From the NCBI GenBank assembly GCA_029261595.1, contig JAJDAZ010000010.1:68152-132151 (forward strand): a stretch of DNA of 64,000 bases, given 5' to 3'. Under the pieces are notes generated by a model. The model was given only the letters and a program-made list of their open reading frames with translations. It did no database searches and was not told the origin of the DNA. Both the position numbers and the translations under genes were made by a program. Origin of the DNA: Nitrospinaceae bacterium. Its GTDB lineage: Bacteria > Nitrospinota > Nitrospinia > Nitrospinales > VA-1. Shown in pieces: positions 54,117 to 63,171 of the stretch; positions within the stretch are counted from its first letter, which is position 1, and every line of letters starts with the position of its first letter.

Positions 54117-55076
54117 ATGAAACCCGACATCACACTCATCATCACCAACTGGAATGGCCGAGAACTATTAAGGGAATGCCTCCCCTCCGTTCTGGCTGCG
54201 GTTGAACACGACACCGCCCATTCCTATGAAGTGATGGTCATTGACGATTGCAGTGCTGATGACAGTCTGGACATTCTCGCAAAAGAATTCCCCGAAGTGC
54301 GTCGGGAAAAAACGCCACGCAACCTGGGGTTTCAGGGAGCGAATAATTATGCCGTCGAACTTTCTCAGTCTGCCATTGTGATGCCGATGAACAACGACGT
54401 CAAGCTGGATGAAAAAGCTCTTTTCCATCTGGCCCGGTATTTTGACGAAGGCGATGTGTTCTCGGTGAGCGGCAAGATTTTCGATTTTGATCAGACCACT
54501 TTTTTATACGGCAACCGGGGCGGATATTTCCGCAAAGGGCATTTTTACCTCTATGAAAAAAGCCCGGACGACGATAGCCAGACGCTGTTTGCCTGCGGCG
54601 GGGCCTTCATGGTGGATCGAAAACGTTATCTGGAACTGGGAGGATTCGATACTCTTTATCATCCTCTTTATTACGAAGAAATTGATTTGTCCTACCGGGC
54701 TTTGAAACGAGGGTGGCAGGTGGCTTACGAACCGAAGTCCATCGCTTATCACAAGGTTCAGTCCACCATCACCCGCCAGGAAAAACACCGACAAATCGGC
54801 TTGATCTCCGCCCGGAACAATTACCTGTTCGTCTGGAAAAATATTCTCGACCCTGAAATGACCAGGCAATTTTTAATTTTTATTCCGCTGTTTTTGCTTC
54901 GCGACCTGTTCCGGCTCAAATCCCGTTTCTGGATCGCCTTTTTCATGGCACTCAAACGATTGCCCGTGGCCTTGTCCGGCAGGAAGAAGGAGCACGCCTC
55001 GGTCCGCTTTTCCGATCGGGAGATTCTCGAACAGATCAACGTCAACCGCCCTGATCCAGGGACCCTCGATGAATAA
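54117..55076 (+). CDS. GT2-family glycosyltransferase
   Basis: 'ITLIITNWNGRELLRECLPSV', 'VMVIDDCSADDS', 'NNDV' and 'YYEEIDLSYR'. Confidence 0.85.
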   Translation: MKPDITLIITNWNGRELLRECLPSVLAAVEHDTAHSYEVMVIDDCSADDSLDILAKEFPEVRREKTPRNLGFQGANNYAVELSQSAIVMPMNNDVKLDEKALFHLARYFDEGDVFSVSGKIFDFDQTTFLYGNRGGYFRKGHFYLYEKSPDDDSQTLFACGGAFMVDRKRYLELGGFDTLYHPLYYEEIDLSYRALKRGWQVAYEPKSIAYHKVQSTITRQEKHRQIGLISARNNYLFVWKNILDPEMTRQFLIFIPLFLLRDLFRLKSRFWIAFFMALKRLPVALSGRKKEHASVRFSDREILEQINVNRPDPGTLDE

Positions 55077-56073
55077 AATCGCCATCGTGTGTAAGGCGTC
55101 CTTCTCTTGGGGCATGGGACATGTGTATCGGCAGGTTCGCCTGGGCAGGGTCTTAAGAAATCGAGGTTTGGACATCGAATTTTTCCTGTCGGATCATTCT
55201 CCTTCCCTCGAACTTTTGCAGAAAGAAAATTTCCTTTTCAAAATTATCGCCAATGAAGATAACCTGCCCGCGCAAATGGACCGCAATTTTGATCTGGTCA
55301 TTCTGGATATTCAGGATACGAAGAAAGCATTTATCTCAGCTCTTCGCGAACGTTCACGTAAGGTCATGAGTTTTGAAGATCTTGGGGAAGGACGCAATTA
55401 CGTGGACCTTCTGGTCGATTGCAATCTTGATCCCCAGAAGGCCAGAAAGGAAACGCAAAATTTAAAACCGGAAGTAAACACTCTTTTCGGTTTGTCCTAC
55501 TCTGTTCTTACGGAAGAATTCAGGCAATATCACCAGCGAAAAAAAGTATTTACCCCGAATCTTGAATCCCTTCTGGTCACAATGGGCGGGACCGACCCAA
55601 ATCATTTGACCCTGCAACTCGCGAAATGTTTTCTGCAAGCAAAGAAGGAAACCTCCATCACCTTTGTTGCGGGACCGGGATTCAAAGATACTCCTTCGCT
55701 CATTGAACTCGCGTCTTCAAGGATATCCTTTATGGTTCTCTGCCAGCCTGACAATATGGCAGAATTGTTGTTCAATCACCAGGCGGTCTGTTGCTCCGGC
55801 GGCGTCACCCTGCACGAAGCACTGGCTGTGGGCACACCCGCATTCGTGATCAGTCAGGTCGAACATCAGTTGGAAAAAACCCGGCCACTCGAAAAACTGG
55901 GCGCCGCCGTGGATCTTGGTCTGGCAAAGGATTTCGACCCAAAAAAAATTTCACAGATCTGGAATAGAACCCAGGATCAATTGGAACGCATGAGCGTCAA
56001 AGGCAAGGAACTGGTGGACGGCAAGGGAATTGTCCGGGTGGCCGATGAAATCTCTGCGTTGATCTCACACTGA
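55069..56073 (+). CDS. PseG-like / Glyco_tran_28_C-type nucleotide-sugar hydrolase or glycosyltransferase
   Basis: 'IAIVCKASFSWGMGHVYRQVRLGRVL' resembles the PseG 'RADAS..IG.GH.MRCL.LA'. C-terminal 'CCSGGVTLHEALAVGTPAFVI'. Overlaps the GT2 gene by 8 nt. Confidence 0.55.
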   Translation: MNKIAIVCKASFSWGMGHVYRQVRLGRVLRNRGLDIEFFLSDHSPSLELLQKENFLFKIIANEDNLPAQMDRNFDLVILDIQDTKKAFISALRERSRKVMSFEDLGEGRNYVDLLVDCNLDPQKARKETQNLKPEVNTLFGLSYSVLTEEFRQYHQRKKVFTPNLESLLVTMGGTDPNHLTLQLAKCFLQAKKETSITFVAGPGFKDTPSLIELASSRISFMVLCQPDNMAELLFNHQAVCCSGGVTLHEALAVGTPAFVISQVEHQLEKTRPLEKLGAAVDLGLAKDFDPKKISQIWNRTQDQLERMSVKGKELVDGKGIVRVADEISALISH

Positions 56074-56084
56074 AATTTTAAAAA

Positions 56085-56930
56085 TCAGTATTCAACCAAT
56101 TGAGTCACCTCTTTGACGACCTTGTTGATTTGGGTTTCTTTCAGACCGATTTCTTTCAGCCGTTCAGGATTTTCAATAATTTCATGGCACAGCACCAAGT
56201 TCATGTCCAATAATTGTTTCTTTTGCCGACTTTTGAGCGATGTCAGGCAAGTGATGGGGTGAATTTCCTCTCTTTCGATCTGCTGTTTCAAGCTGTTGCC
56301 TTCAGGATAATCCCAGCTCAACAATTTGAGACCCACGCAGGTCCCATACTTGACGGCATCGGAAGTGAATTTAGTGTTGGTGACCAACCAGAATTCATGG
56401 ATGGATTCATCGGGGGAATTATTCTGCAGGTCAAGGGACCGGGCATGAACGTAAAGCGGCACTTTGACATCGCATTTGATCCCCTCGCGATTATGGTATT
56501 TGCATTCCACCAGGCGGCGAAGCCTGCCCTTTTTAGCCACCACGTCCACCTCATGGGTGACGCAGGCTCCTTCAAGGATGACCCCCACCTCGGTTTGATA
56601 ACCCTGCTTTTCGAGTAGCGCCCCGATAAATTTCTCGAAGGGATAACCACTCGGTCCCAGACTCATCACGGCCCGTTTCAAACTGTAGCGGGCGGCCAGG
56701 TGCCGCGCTTCCTTGCGCAACAACTGAAACGCCATCTGATGCAGTTTCCGGCTTGTGACGCCATGACTGGCCTTCTTGCGCACCCGATCGATCACCCGTT
56801 GCACCAACTGCGGGGAAGCGCCGGTCATCCTGAGGGACCGCTCTAGTTTTTCAGTGGAAAATGCCTCTATTTCACCGGACGCCTTTTTGACGCGGATGGA
56901 GTCATTACCTGGATGCGGGGAGGAACCCAT
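56085..56930 (-). CDS. ATP-cone domain fused to an Mrr-like (PD-(D/E)xK) restriction-endonuclease domain
   Basis: ATP-cone 'IRVKKASGEIEAFSTEKLERSLRMTGASPQLVQRVIDRV'. Nuclease core 'FEKFIGALLEKQGYQTEV...HEVDVVAKKGRLRRLVECKYH'. Confidence 0.7.
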   Translation of the reverse strand: MGSSPHPGNDSIRVKKASGEIEAFSTEKLERSLRMTGASPQLVQRVIDRVRKKASHGVTSRKLHQMAFQLLRKEARHLAARYSLKRAVMSLGPSGYPFEKFIGALLEKQGYQTEVGVILEGACVTHEVDVVAKKGRLRRLVECKYHNREGIKCDVKVPLYVHARSLDLQNNSPDESIHEFWLVTNTKFTSDAVKYGTCVGLKLLSWDYPEGNSLKQQIEREEIHPITCLTSLKSRQKKQLLDMNLVLCHEIIENPERLKEIGLKETQINKVVKEVTQLVEY

Positions 56931-56941
56931 GTGAGGGAAGG

Positions 56942-57079
56942 TTATCCTTTAAAAAAAATGGAAACGATATGCCAAGCGAAAGATATGCCTGCGATGATGA
57001 CGCCGATGATCAACAGGGAAAAATTCAACTTCAGCCGTTTGATCTCTTCCGGGGATTCCGGTTTTTCTTCTTTATCCAT
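56942..57079 (-). CDS. small (45-aa) single-TM protein, not in the ORF track
   Basis: ATG at 57079, 4 nt after the FMN-binding gene's stop. Product MDKEEKPESPEEIKRLKLNFSLLIIGVIIAGISFAWHIVSIFFKG. Confidence 0.35.
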   Translation of the reverse strand: MDKEEKPESPEEIKRLKLNFSLLIIGVIIAGISFAWHIVSIFFKG

Positions 57080-57083
57080 TGGA

Positions 57084-57695
57084 TTATTTTTCTGCATCCA
57101 GAAAAAGCACCTTGTAGGCGGACACCGCCTTTTTCACTCCCTTGGTGATCGCACGCACGGAAAGAGTCGCTCCGGTGATGGAATTGATGTTGCGGAAATC
57201 CGAGTTGGCATCCATACCAAAAAACTGGCTCATGAAGGAAGGAAATCTCACCTCCCAGCCGCGCGGTTCCCGGTAAACCAGGATTTCCACATCCCGCACC
57301 GAACCGTCCACGTTGAGCACGGTCATGAAGGTGATGGGAAACGATTTTCCGATGATATGGTCGATCAGCATATAACCCATGGGCTTGCCGTCCTTTTTGC
57401 CCACATAAAAAGTGAACCGGTTTTCCGTGATTTCCACAAAGGATAATTTTCTGATGACGGTTTTCTGCTCCTCCGTGAGCCACTTGCGCTCTTTATCAAT
57501 GGTATCGGCGCCCGGAAAGGCAATATCCAAAGCCTGTTTTTTGGTGAGATACACCTGCAGGTCAAATTTTTTCTCTTCTTCGGCGTAAGAATTTGCGGGG
57601 AAAAAGAAAACGGCCGCAAAAAACCCTGAGAGAATGAGAAGAAAAAATAGAAGCCCCTCATCCCTGTTCACGAAACTCCGCAGATATTTAGTCAT
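57084..57695 (-). CDS. membrane-anchored FMN-binding (FMN_bind) domain protein
   Basis: N-terminal anchor. C-terminal 'INSITGATLSVRAITKGVKKA' is the FMN-attachment motif region (S/T-G-A-T) known from RnfG, NqrC and NosR. Confidence 0.7.
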   Translation of the reverse strand: MTKYLRSFVNRDEGLLFFLLILSGFFAAVFFFPANSYAEEEKKFDLQVYLTKKQALDIAFPGADTIDKERKWLTEEQKTVIRKLSFVEITENRFTFYVGKKDGKPMGYMLIDHIIGKSFPITFMTVLNVDGSVRDVEILVYREPRGWEVRFPSFMSQFFGMDANSDFRNINSITGATLSVRAITKGVKKAVSAYKVLFLDAEK

Positions 57696-57865
57696 AAGTA
57701 TCTATTGCTGTTGGGTTAACCCTGTATTGGCGAGGACATGTTTTATCATAATAAAACGATTTTGTGCAGGAAAGAAAAAAATCCTGACGCTCTGAAACCT
57801 TTGGAGGAGGGATGTAACTTCAGAGCGCCAGGATATGAAGGCCATTCATGCCATCAGGAGGCATA

Positions 57866-59152
57866 TCAATACATATATGCAATTCCCAGATTAGCTGTAG
57901 ATGCTGATTTACCAACTTTACCAACGGCAAAATTGGCATTGTCAAAACGTTGATGTTTAAAATCGGCTTTGATGGCTACTGCGGGAATCGGCAAATAGGT
58001 GATGCCGCCCTGAAACACATTATAATTGACCCCGGCGGTCGGCGTCGTTCCTGATGGAACACTGTCCTGGGGACGGATACGCTCGAACATGAACCAAGTG
58101 ACCACGTCATGCGAGGTGGGCAATCCCAGCAACTGAGGCACGTGAACGCCCGCCTGTACGTTCCAGCCAAAAATGTTATCGCCAACATCAGCCGTACATG
58201 TACCCGCTGTGATAACATTTTGAGCCGTACAATAGGCGTTTATCGCCGCGGCGTCATTGACATCGATGTTAGCGACCGAAGCGTTCATTTCGAACCATTG
58301 CTTGCGAAATTTCATGTCAGCCTCAAGAAGAGTAATGAGCCCGCCTTCTGGAATGAGGTCATGAGTGGTGTTACCTACGTAAAAGGAAAACCCCAATTGA
58401 AGCCCAGGGAACAACTTGGTCAACTCCAGACGCCCGGTGGCGGCAAAATCTTCAGCGGTGAGTTCATTGATTTGCTGACGGCCGCTTCGGATACCACTGG
58501 AGCCCCTGAACCGTCCGCCATCTCCACCGCTACCACCAGATCCCCCGCCCGTAGAGAAACCTGCAGGCCGGATAGACTGTACAGAATTGACCGCATAAAG
58601 CCGGTAATTCACGCCCTCTACTGGAGTTCCAAAAATACCGGCTCCGGCTCCCGACCAAGTGGTGGGAATGATATTTTTTTGGAAATCCGGACGCTCCACC
58701 GACCAGAAAAGATTGGGCTCATGAAATTCGTTTAATAACCCTATGGGTAAAATCATCACCCCCGCCCGGGCATTGAAGGTTTCGTCGATGAGAAAATCAA
58801 GGTAAGCCAGTTCGAATTCCAGCTCCTGCGCCGCGTGTTCGAAATCAATCTCGGCATTGAGGTGAATCCAATCCGCCAAAATGGCATGAACTCCAATGAC
58901 GAACCTATGCTGATCTATTTCCGTGTTTCCGCCATTTTCATCCAATTTGTTGTTGTAATGCATTTCACCATAACCATGGACTTTGACGCGATCAGGTTCG
59001 CTGCCCGCCCCTTTTTTGAATTTAAAGCTTTCAATTTCATCCGCCATGAGATCCATTTGACGTTGCATAGCATCGAAATCCACCGCGAATGCCGGACTGC
59101 TCCATATAAGGACCATCCACGCCAGCAATCCTGTTAAAAAAGTTTTCTTCAC
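57866..59152 (-). CDS. outer-membrane beta-barrel porin-like protein
   Basis: AAGGAG lies 6 nt upstream of the GTG. Signal peptide ...SSPAFA. Alternating amphipathic strands. A Gly/Ser loop (GGGSGGSGGDGG). Aromatic C-terminus ...LGIAYMY. Confidence 0.6.
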   Translation of the reverse strand: MKKTFLTGLLAWMVLIWSSPAFAVDFDAMQRQMDLMADEIESFKFKKGAGSEPDRVKVHGYGEMHYNNKLDENGGNTEIDQHRFVIGVHAILADWIHLNAEIDFEHAAQELEFELAYLDFLIDETFNARAGVMILPIGLLNEFHEPNLFWSVERPDFQKNIIPTTWSGAGAGIFGTPVEGVNYRLYAVNSVQSIRPAGFSTGGGSGGSGGDGGRFRGSSGIRSGRQQINELTAEDFAATGRLELTKLFPGLQLGFSFYVGNTTHDLIPEGGLITLLEADMKFRKQWFEMNASVANIDVNDAAAINAYCTAQNVITAGTCTADVGDNIFGWNVQAGVHVPQLLGLPTSHDVVTWFMFERIRPQDSVPSGTTPTAGVNYNVFQGGITYLPIPAVAIKADFKHQRFDNANFAVGKVGKSASTANLGIAYMY

Positions 59153-59241
59153 CTTTTGCTCCTTTCAAAATTTAAACACAATAAAACCACACCCATTTCG
59201 TAAGTCGAGAATAATCGGCAATTAAACAAAAATTTAAAATT

Positions 59242-59257
59242 GAAAATGGTTCTCATT
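59242..59257. promoter_or_regulatory. candidate Fur box upstream of the porin / FMN-binding operon
   Basis: GAAAATGGTTCTCATT matches the GATAATGATTATCATT core at 13/16 positions. It lies about 90 nt upstream of the porin start. A weaker second site, gagaatttttatc, is at 59320-59332. Confidence 0.35.
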
Positions 59258-59738
59258 TATAAAAATAAGAACACTTTTTATCAGGTTATTGGTTTTTGTC
59301 AATTATTATTTTGATTTTTCTGCTCATTTGAGAATTTTTATCTAGCAAGGCCATCCTAAAAAACATACCTTTTATACGAATAAATCATATTATTTCAATT
59401 GGTTAAATAATATTTTAGCATACCCCTATCGTTCAACACCCTTTTCATAAAAACATTTACTAACTGAAATCGATTTTCAATTAAATATGGCTTGGTCCCT
59501 TAGCCACGTGGCTATTCAGACTTATAGCAATGGTTTTAAAGACAAGTATAAAATGGCGGAGGGGGCGCAACTCCCCCCCGCCCTCCATGTTTCCAGGATA
59601 ATGAACTCTCTGGTTCCCCGGAAACCTGAAGATATTGAATTTGCTCACTTCTTTGTCGTCACTCAAATTCCTTCCTCTCCATCAAAACAAGATTTAAGAA
59701 CCCAACAAGAAAATCGCCATTTCAAAATGCTTGTGCTA

Positions 59739-60146
59739 TCAACCACATGCCTTGGTTTCTAATTGATATCCCTTAAGGTTCTCTATGAAAAAGTCGCAGA
59801 CAATAACGGCGAATTGAACGGGGCTGATGGGTTTACGCACATACTCAAAGGCTCCTAGATTAACGACCTGCACAAACTCCTCAACGCTTCCCTTGGCGGA
59901 CAAATAGAGCACCTTGGCATTGCAATCCCTTTTATTCTGACCTATAAAATGAAGGCCCGTCATATCAGCCAGCTCATCGTTGACAATGACCAAATCAAAA
60001 TCCTCCCTCTGGATGCACTTTTTGGCTTCCTCACCGTGCGTGGTCATACGAACTTGATGGCCGAACCGATTCAACATCATCGCGATGGGCAAACGCTCCT
60101 TCTTGTTTCCATCGATCAACAATATATTTTTTGGTGATACGTTCAT
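59739..60146 (-). CDS. stand-alone response-regulator receiver domain (partly atypical acidic pocket)
   Basis: 135 aa. 'ILLIDGNKKE' (DG rather than DD/ED), 'FDLVIVNDELADMTG', 'LYLSAKG' and 'YVRKP'. No output domain. Confidence 0.75.
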   Translation of the reverse strand: MNVSPKNILLIDGNKKERLPIAMMLNRFGHQVRMTTHGEEAKKCIQREDFDLVIVNDELADMTGLHFIGQNKRDCNAKVLYLSAKGSVEEFVQVVNLGAFEYVRKPISPVQFAVIVCDFFIENLKGYQLETKACG

Positions 60147-60149
60147 TTT

Positions 60150-60437
60150 TTAGCTCCAGGCGGAAATATCGGAAAGACATCTTTTGAAAGCCGAAACGCT
60201 ACTGGACTGGCTCCGTCCAATAGGAATTTTATGCTTTTTGGCCACCCGGTTGGCGTCCTCCACCATGTGATGAGCAATCGCTCCCGTAAAAATGACGATG
60301 CCGTTAACCCCACTCAACCTCTGGGCCAAATTTGGAACCCGCTGACTGAACACCTTGACGCTGTACCCAAGGTCTTTGCCTTTTTGCTCATAATAATTTT
60401 TCAGGCGGTCCAACCCTCCAAGAATCGCGATACTCAT
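60150..60437 (-). CDS. DUF2325-family protein
   Basis: GGAGG lies 4 nt upstream of the ATG at 60437. 'SIAILGGLDRLKNYYEQ...GIVIFTGAIAHHMVEDANRVAKKHKIPIGRSQSSSVSAF' fits the DUF2325 pattern. It lies 3 nt upstream of the receiver gene. Confidence 0.6.
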   Translation of the reverse strand: MSIAILGGLDRLKNYYEQKGKDLGYSVKVFSQRVPNLAQRLSGVNGIVIFTGAIAHHMVEDANRVAKKHKIPIGRSQSSSVSAFKRCLSDISAWS

Positions 60438-60584
60438 ACAACCTCCATATTTATTCATTGCCAACGGCAAGAAGAGTTTTAAATAGAGTGCCCTAGCCCT
60501 TATTAAGCTTTCTGAAAAAACCTTTTAAATTTATGATATTGAAACCTATTATCAATAAAAAAAGAAAAAAAAGCTGACTTCAGC

Positions 60585-60845
60585 TCAGCATAAAACTGGG
60601 GACAGGCTTTCAGGAATCAAGGCATCTAAAGCTTCTTCAAAGGTGCGCATTTTGAGCACTTCATTTGAGGGAGCCATTTGAACCGTCGCTCCTCCTCCAC
60701 ATTTTTTCATGCAGGCAACCCGGCAAACCTTAACCCCCTCCCACTCCATACCTTCCAACTCCAGGGCTATTTTTTCTGACGCCCACGCCCTGCAACCAGG
60801 CCCCGAACAAACCTTGATATTTTTGCATTTGGAAGAATTTCTCAT
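60585..60845 (-). CDS. small thioredoxin-like [2Fe-2S] ferredoxin-domain protein
   Basis: 86 aa from the ATG at 60845. Cys pattern C-x4-C (CSGPGC) ... C-x3-C (CRVAC), with a following KKCGGG. Confidence 0.6.
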   Translation of the reverse strand: MRNSSKCKNIKVCSGPGCRAWASEKIALELEGMEWEGVKVCRVACMKKCGGGATVQMAPSNEVLKMRTFEEALDALIPESLSPVLC

Positions 60846-61053
60846 CACAACCTCAATAAACTAGTTGATAACGAATCTCAAAATAATATAAGCGAACTGA
60901 ACGCTTCTGTCAAATCTTTTTTGAATTTATCTACAAATAGTTTTTTACTTTTAAAATCAATGATTTATATAAAATATGAGTTCAAAATATTTTGCCCCGT
61001 CCCCGGTCTTTTTCAAATTTTTATTTTTTTGTTGATTAAATTTTCACAAAAAT

Positions 61054-61072
61054 GATAATGGATATCAATTTA
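61054..61072. promoter_or_regulatory. candidate Fur box (autoregulation) upstream of fur
   Basis: GATAATGGATATCAATTTA matches GATAATGATAATCATTATC at 13/19 positions. It ends 18 nt upstream of the fur ATG. Confidence 0.4.
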
Positions 61073-61089
61073 AATAGCTGTCTATCGCA

Positions 61090-61518
61090 ATGTTTGATGA
61101 AATCGAAATATTAAAGAGTTTTCTGCGGGAAAGTAAATTGCGATTCACCCCCCAGCGTCAGACCATCCTAGAGGTTTTCCTGAGCCATGAGGGCCATGTG
61201 GAGGTGGAGGATTTGTTCCTGAATATCCAGAAAATTGACCCGTCAATTGGGATCGCTACGGTCTATAGGACGATGAACCTTTTGGTGGAGTGCGGGTTGG
61301 CCAGGGACAGTGTTCTTTTAAAGGGTCAACAATCTTTTGAAAAACTTTACCACCAGAGCCATCACGATCATCTGATTTGCACGCAATGCGAAAAAATCGT
61401 GGAATTTGAGCATCCGCTGATAGAAAAGTACCAGCTGGAGATTTGCCACACCTACGGATTTACTTTGAACCATCATAAAATGGAAATTTATGGCATTTGC
61501 CTCGATTGCCAAAAATAA
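61090..61518 (+). CDS. fur: Fur-family ferric uptake regulator
   Basis: 'RFTPQRQTILEVF', 'GIATVYRTMNLLVECGL', 'HHDHLICTQCEKIVEF' and a C-terminal 'CLDC' zinc site. Confidence 0.9.
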   Translation: MFDEIEILKSFLRESKLRFTPQRQTILEVFLSHEGHVEVEDLFLNIQKIDPSIGIATVYRTMNLLVECGLARDSVLLKGQQSFEKLYHQSHHDHLICTQCEKIVEFEHPLIEKYQLEICHTYGFTLNHHKMEIYGICLDCQK

Positions 61519-61551
61519 AAAGGGGAAAGAGTTCTTTCGAACTCCCTCCCC
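61511..61551 (-). terminator. rho-independent terminator for bfr (hairpin shared with the convergent fur)
   Basis: ggggaaagagttc (61522-61534), loop tttc, gaactccctcccc (61539-61551): 11 of 13 positions pair. On the minus strand it is followed by tttttattttt. Confidence 0.55.
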
Positions 61552-61617
61552 TGCTTTGACCCTTTCGGTACACCACCCTGCCCAGCTATTATTTCGACAA
61601 TGTGAATTCCGGCTGTT

Positions 61618-62088
61618 TTATTCGTGCATGTGTTCGGAGAGATAATTTTCGATGCCAACGTCCTTGATCCTCTGAAACTGGGTTTCCAACCAATCGCAAC
61701 TCTCCTCGGTATCTTCCAGAATACCATCCAGAATTTCCTTACTGCCAAAGTCATTTTTACTGATGCAAAGCGCGATGTGCTTCTGCAATCGCGCGACATG
61801 TTTTGTTTCTATCTCATACTGGTTTTTTAATTGCTCCTCGCAGGTATCTCCAACCAGGATGGTATCGTACTTTGCCATATCGGGCGTACCATCCAGATAC
61901 AGAATGCGTTCGATCATCAGGTCGGCGTGCTTCATCTCCCCCATCGACTCTTCTCGCGCATGGTGCGCTAATTTTTTATATCCCCAGTCAACCTGCATTT
62001 TGTAGTGAATATAATAAATATTGATGGCCGTCAGTTCCGCCATCAATACATCATTGAGAGCTTCTATGACCTGTTTGTCTCCCTGCAT
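61618..62088 (-). CDS. bfr: bacterioferritin
   Basis: GGAGG lies 5 nt upstream of the ATG. 'MQGDKQVIEALNDVLMAELTAINIYYIHYKM...EESMGEMKHADLMIERILYLDG' includes the ferroxidase ligands and the haem-ligand Met region. Confidence 0.92.
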   Translation of the reverse strand: MQGDKQVIEALNDVLMAELTAINIYYIHYKMQVDWGYKKLAHHAREESMGEMKHADLMIERILYLDGTPDMAKYDTILVGDTCEEQLKNQYEIETKHVARLQKHIALCISKNDFGSKEILDGILEDTEESCDWLETQFQRIKDVGIENYLSEHMHE

Positions 62089-62406
62089 AACAACCTCCCC
62101 TATTAAGAACCATCATTAGTAATTTGCGGTAATCGGTTCAGCCGGGACCATCCTAGCAGGCCAAAAGTTCCATGCAAGCCTTTATTTTCCCGCTGGTTAT
62201 AATTATGAGACCACGTATCAACTGGAATACTCGCCGACATACAGGGAAGCTCTCTCCTCCCTTCGGGAAGGCATAATATCAATGCGATTTGCGGTCCGGG
62301 AAATTTTGCGGAATATTAAACGAAAACTGTTATCAGTAAGAGGCAGGATTTTTTTTCGGAATTCAAACTCTGAAAAGTTGAAAATCACATTTTGATATCT
62401 GCATAG

Positions 62407-63171
62407 TCAAAACACGGTTTGCCCATCCAGGCGTGTCAGGATATCGGGGCCATTGTCGGTAATATGAATGGTGTGCTCAAACTGGGCCGAGTACGATCCG
62501 TCCTGTGTCACTGCCGTCCACTTATCCGGCAGGATGCGCAAGTCCGGCCCGCCCAGATTGATCATGGGTTCAATCGTGAACACCATGCCTTTGGTGATCT
62601 TGACGCCTTCACCGGGATTACCGAAGTGCAGGATTTGCGGTTCTTCATGAAAATTTTTACCGATCCCGTGACCGCAGAATTCGCGCACTATCGAATATCC
62701 TTTGGGTTCGACGAATTTCTGGATGGCATGGCCGATGTCTCCGGTTTTCCCGCCCAGACTAATGGCCTCTATCCCTTTTTGCAGGGCTTCTTTACACGTT
62801 TCCACCAGTTTGCCGGTTTTGGCCCTTGGGGACCCGACAAAAAATGTCCGGCTGGTGTCGCCATGATATTCCTTGAAATAGGTCGTGATGTCCAGATTCA
62901 CGATGTCCCCGTTCCTCAGTTTGCGATCGGAAGGAATGCCGTGACAGATTTCCTCATTGACCGAAGAGCAGATGCTCTTGGGGAATCCTCTGTAATTCAA
63001 GGGTGACGGGATCGCCCCGTGCGCCACGATATAATCGTGGCAAATGGTGTTCAGCTCATCGGTCGTCACCCCCGGCTTCACATAAGGATCAATCATGATC
63101 AGAACTTCCGCCGCCATTCGGCAGGATTCACGCATGACCTCGACTTCTTCATCGGTTTTAATATTAATCAT
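62407..63171 (-). CDS. map: type I methionine aminopeptidase
   Basis: 254 aa. 'CHGIP', 'GDIVNLDIT', 'GHGIG', 'FTIEPM' and 'AQFEHT' metal-ligand motifs. Confidence 0.95.
   Translation of the reverse strand: MINIKTDEEVEVMRESCRMAAEVLIMIDPYVKPGVTTDELNTICHDYIVAHGAIPSPLNYRGFPKSICSSVNEEICHGIPSDRKLRNGDIVNLDITTYFKEYHGDTSRTFFVGSPRAKTGKLVETCKEALQKGIEAISLGGKTGDIGHAIQKFVEPKGYSIVREFCGHGIGKNFHEEPQILHFGNPGEGVKITKGMVFTIEPMINLGGPDLRILPDKWTAVTQDGSYSAQFEHTIHITDNGPDILTRLDGQTVF

Noticed and set aside
59481-59762. The ORFs at 59487-59762 (+) and 59481-59666 (-) in the AT-rich region upstream of the porin.
   Set aside because: They overlap each other on opposite strands and lack SD sequences. Their composition is odd. 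The + ORF also runs into the 3' end of the receiver gene. I treat the region as regulatory and non-coding.
62108-62125. A Fur-box-like string (gaaccatcattagtaattt) upstream of bfr.
   Set aside because: It matches only a half-site (ATCATTA), which is not distinguishable from AT-rich background by eye.
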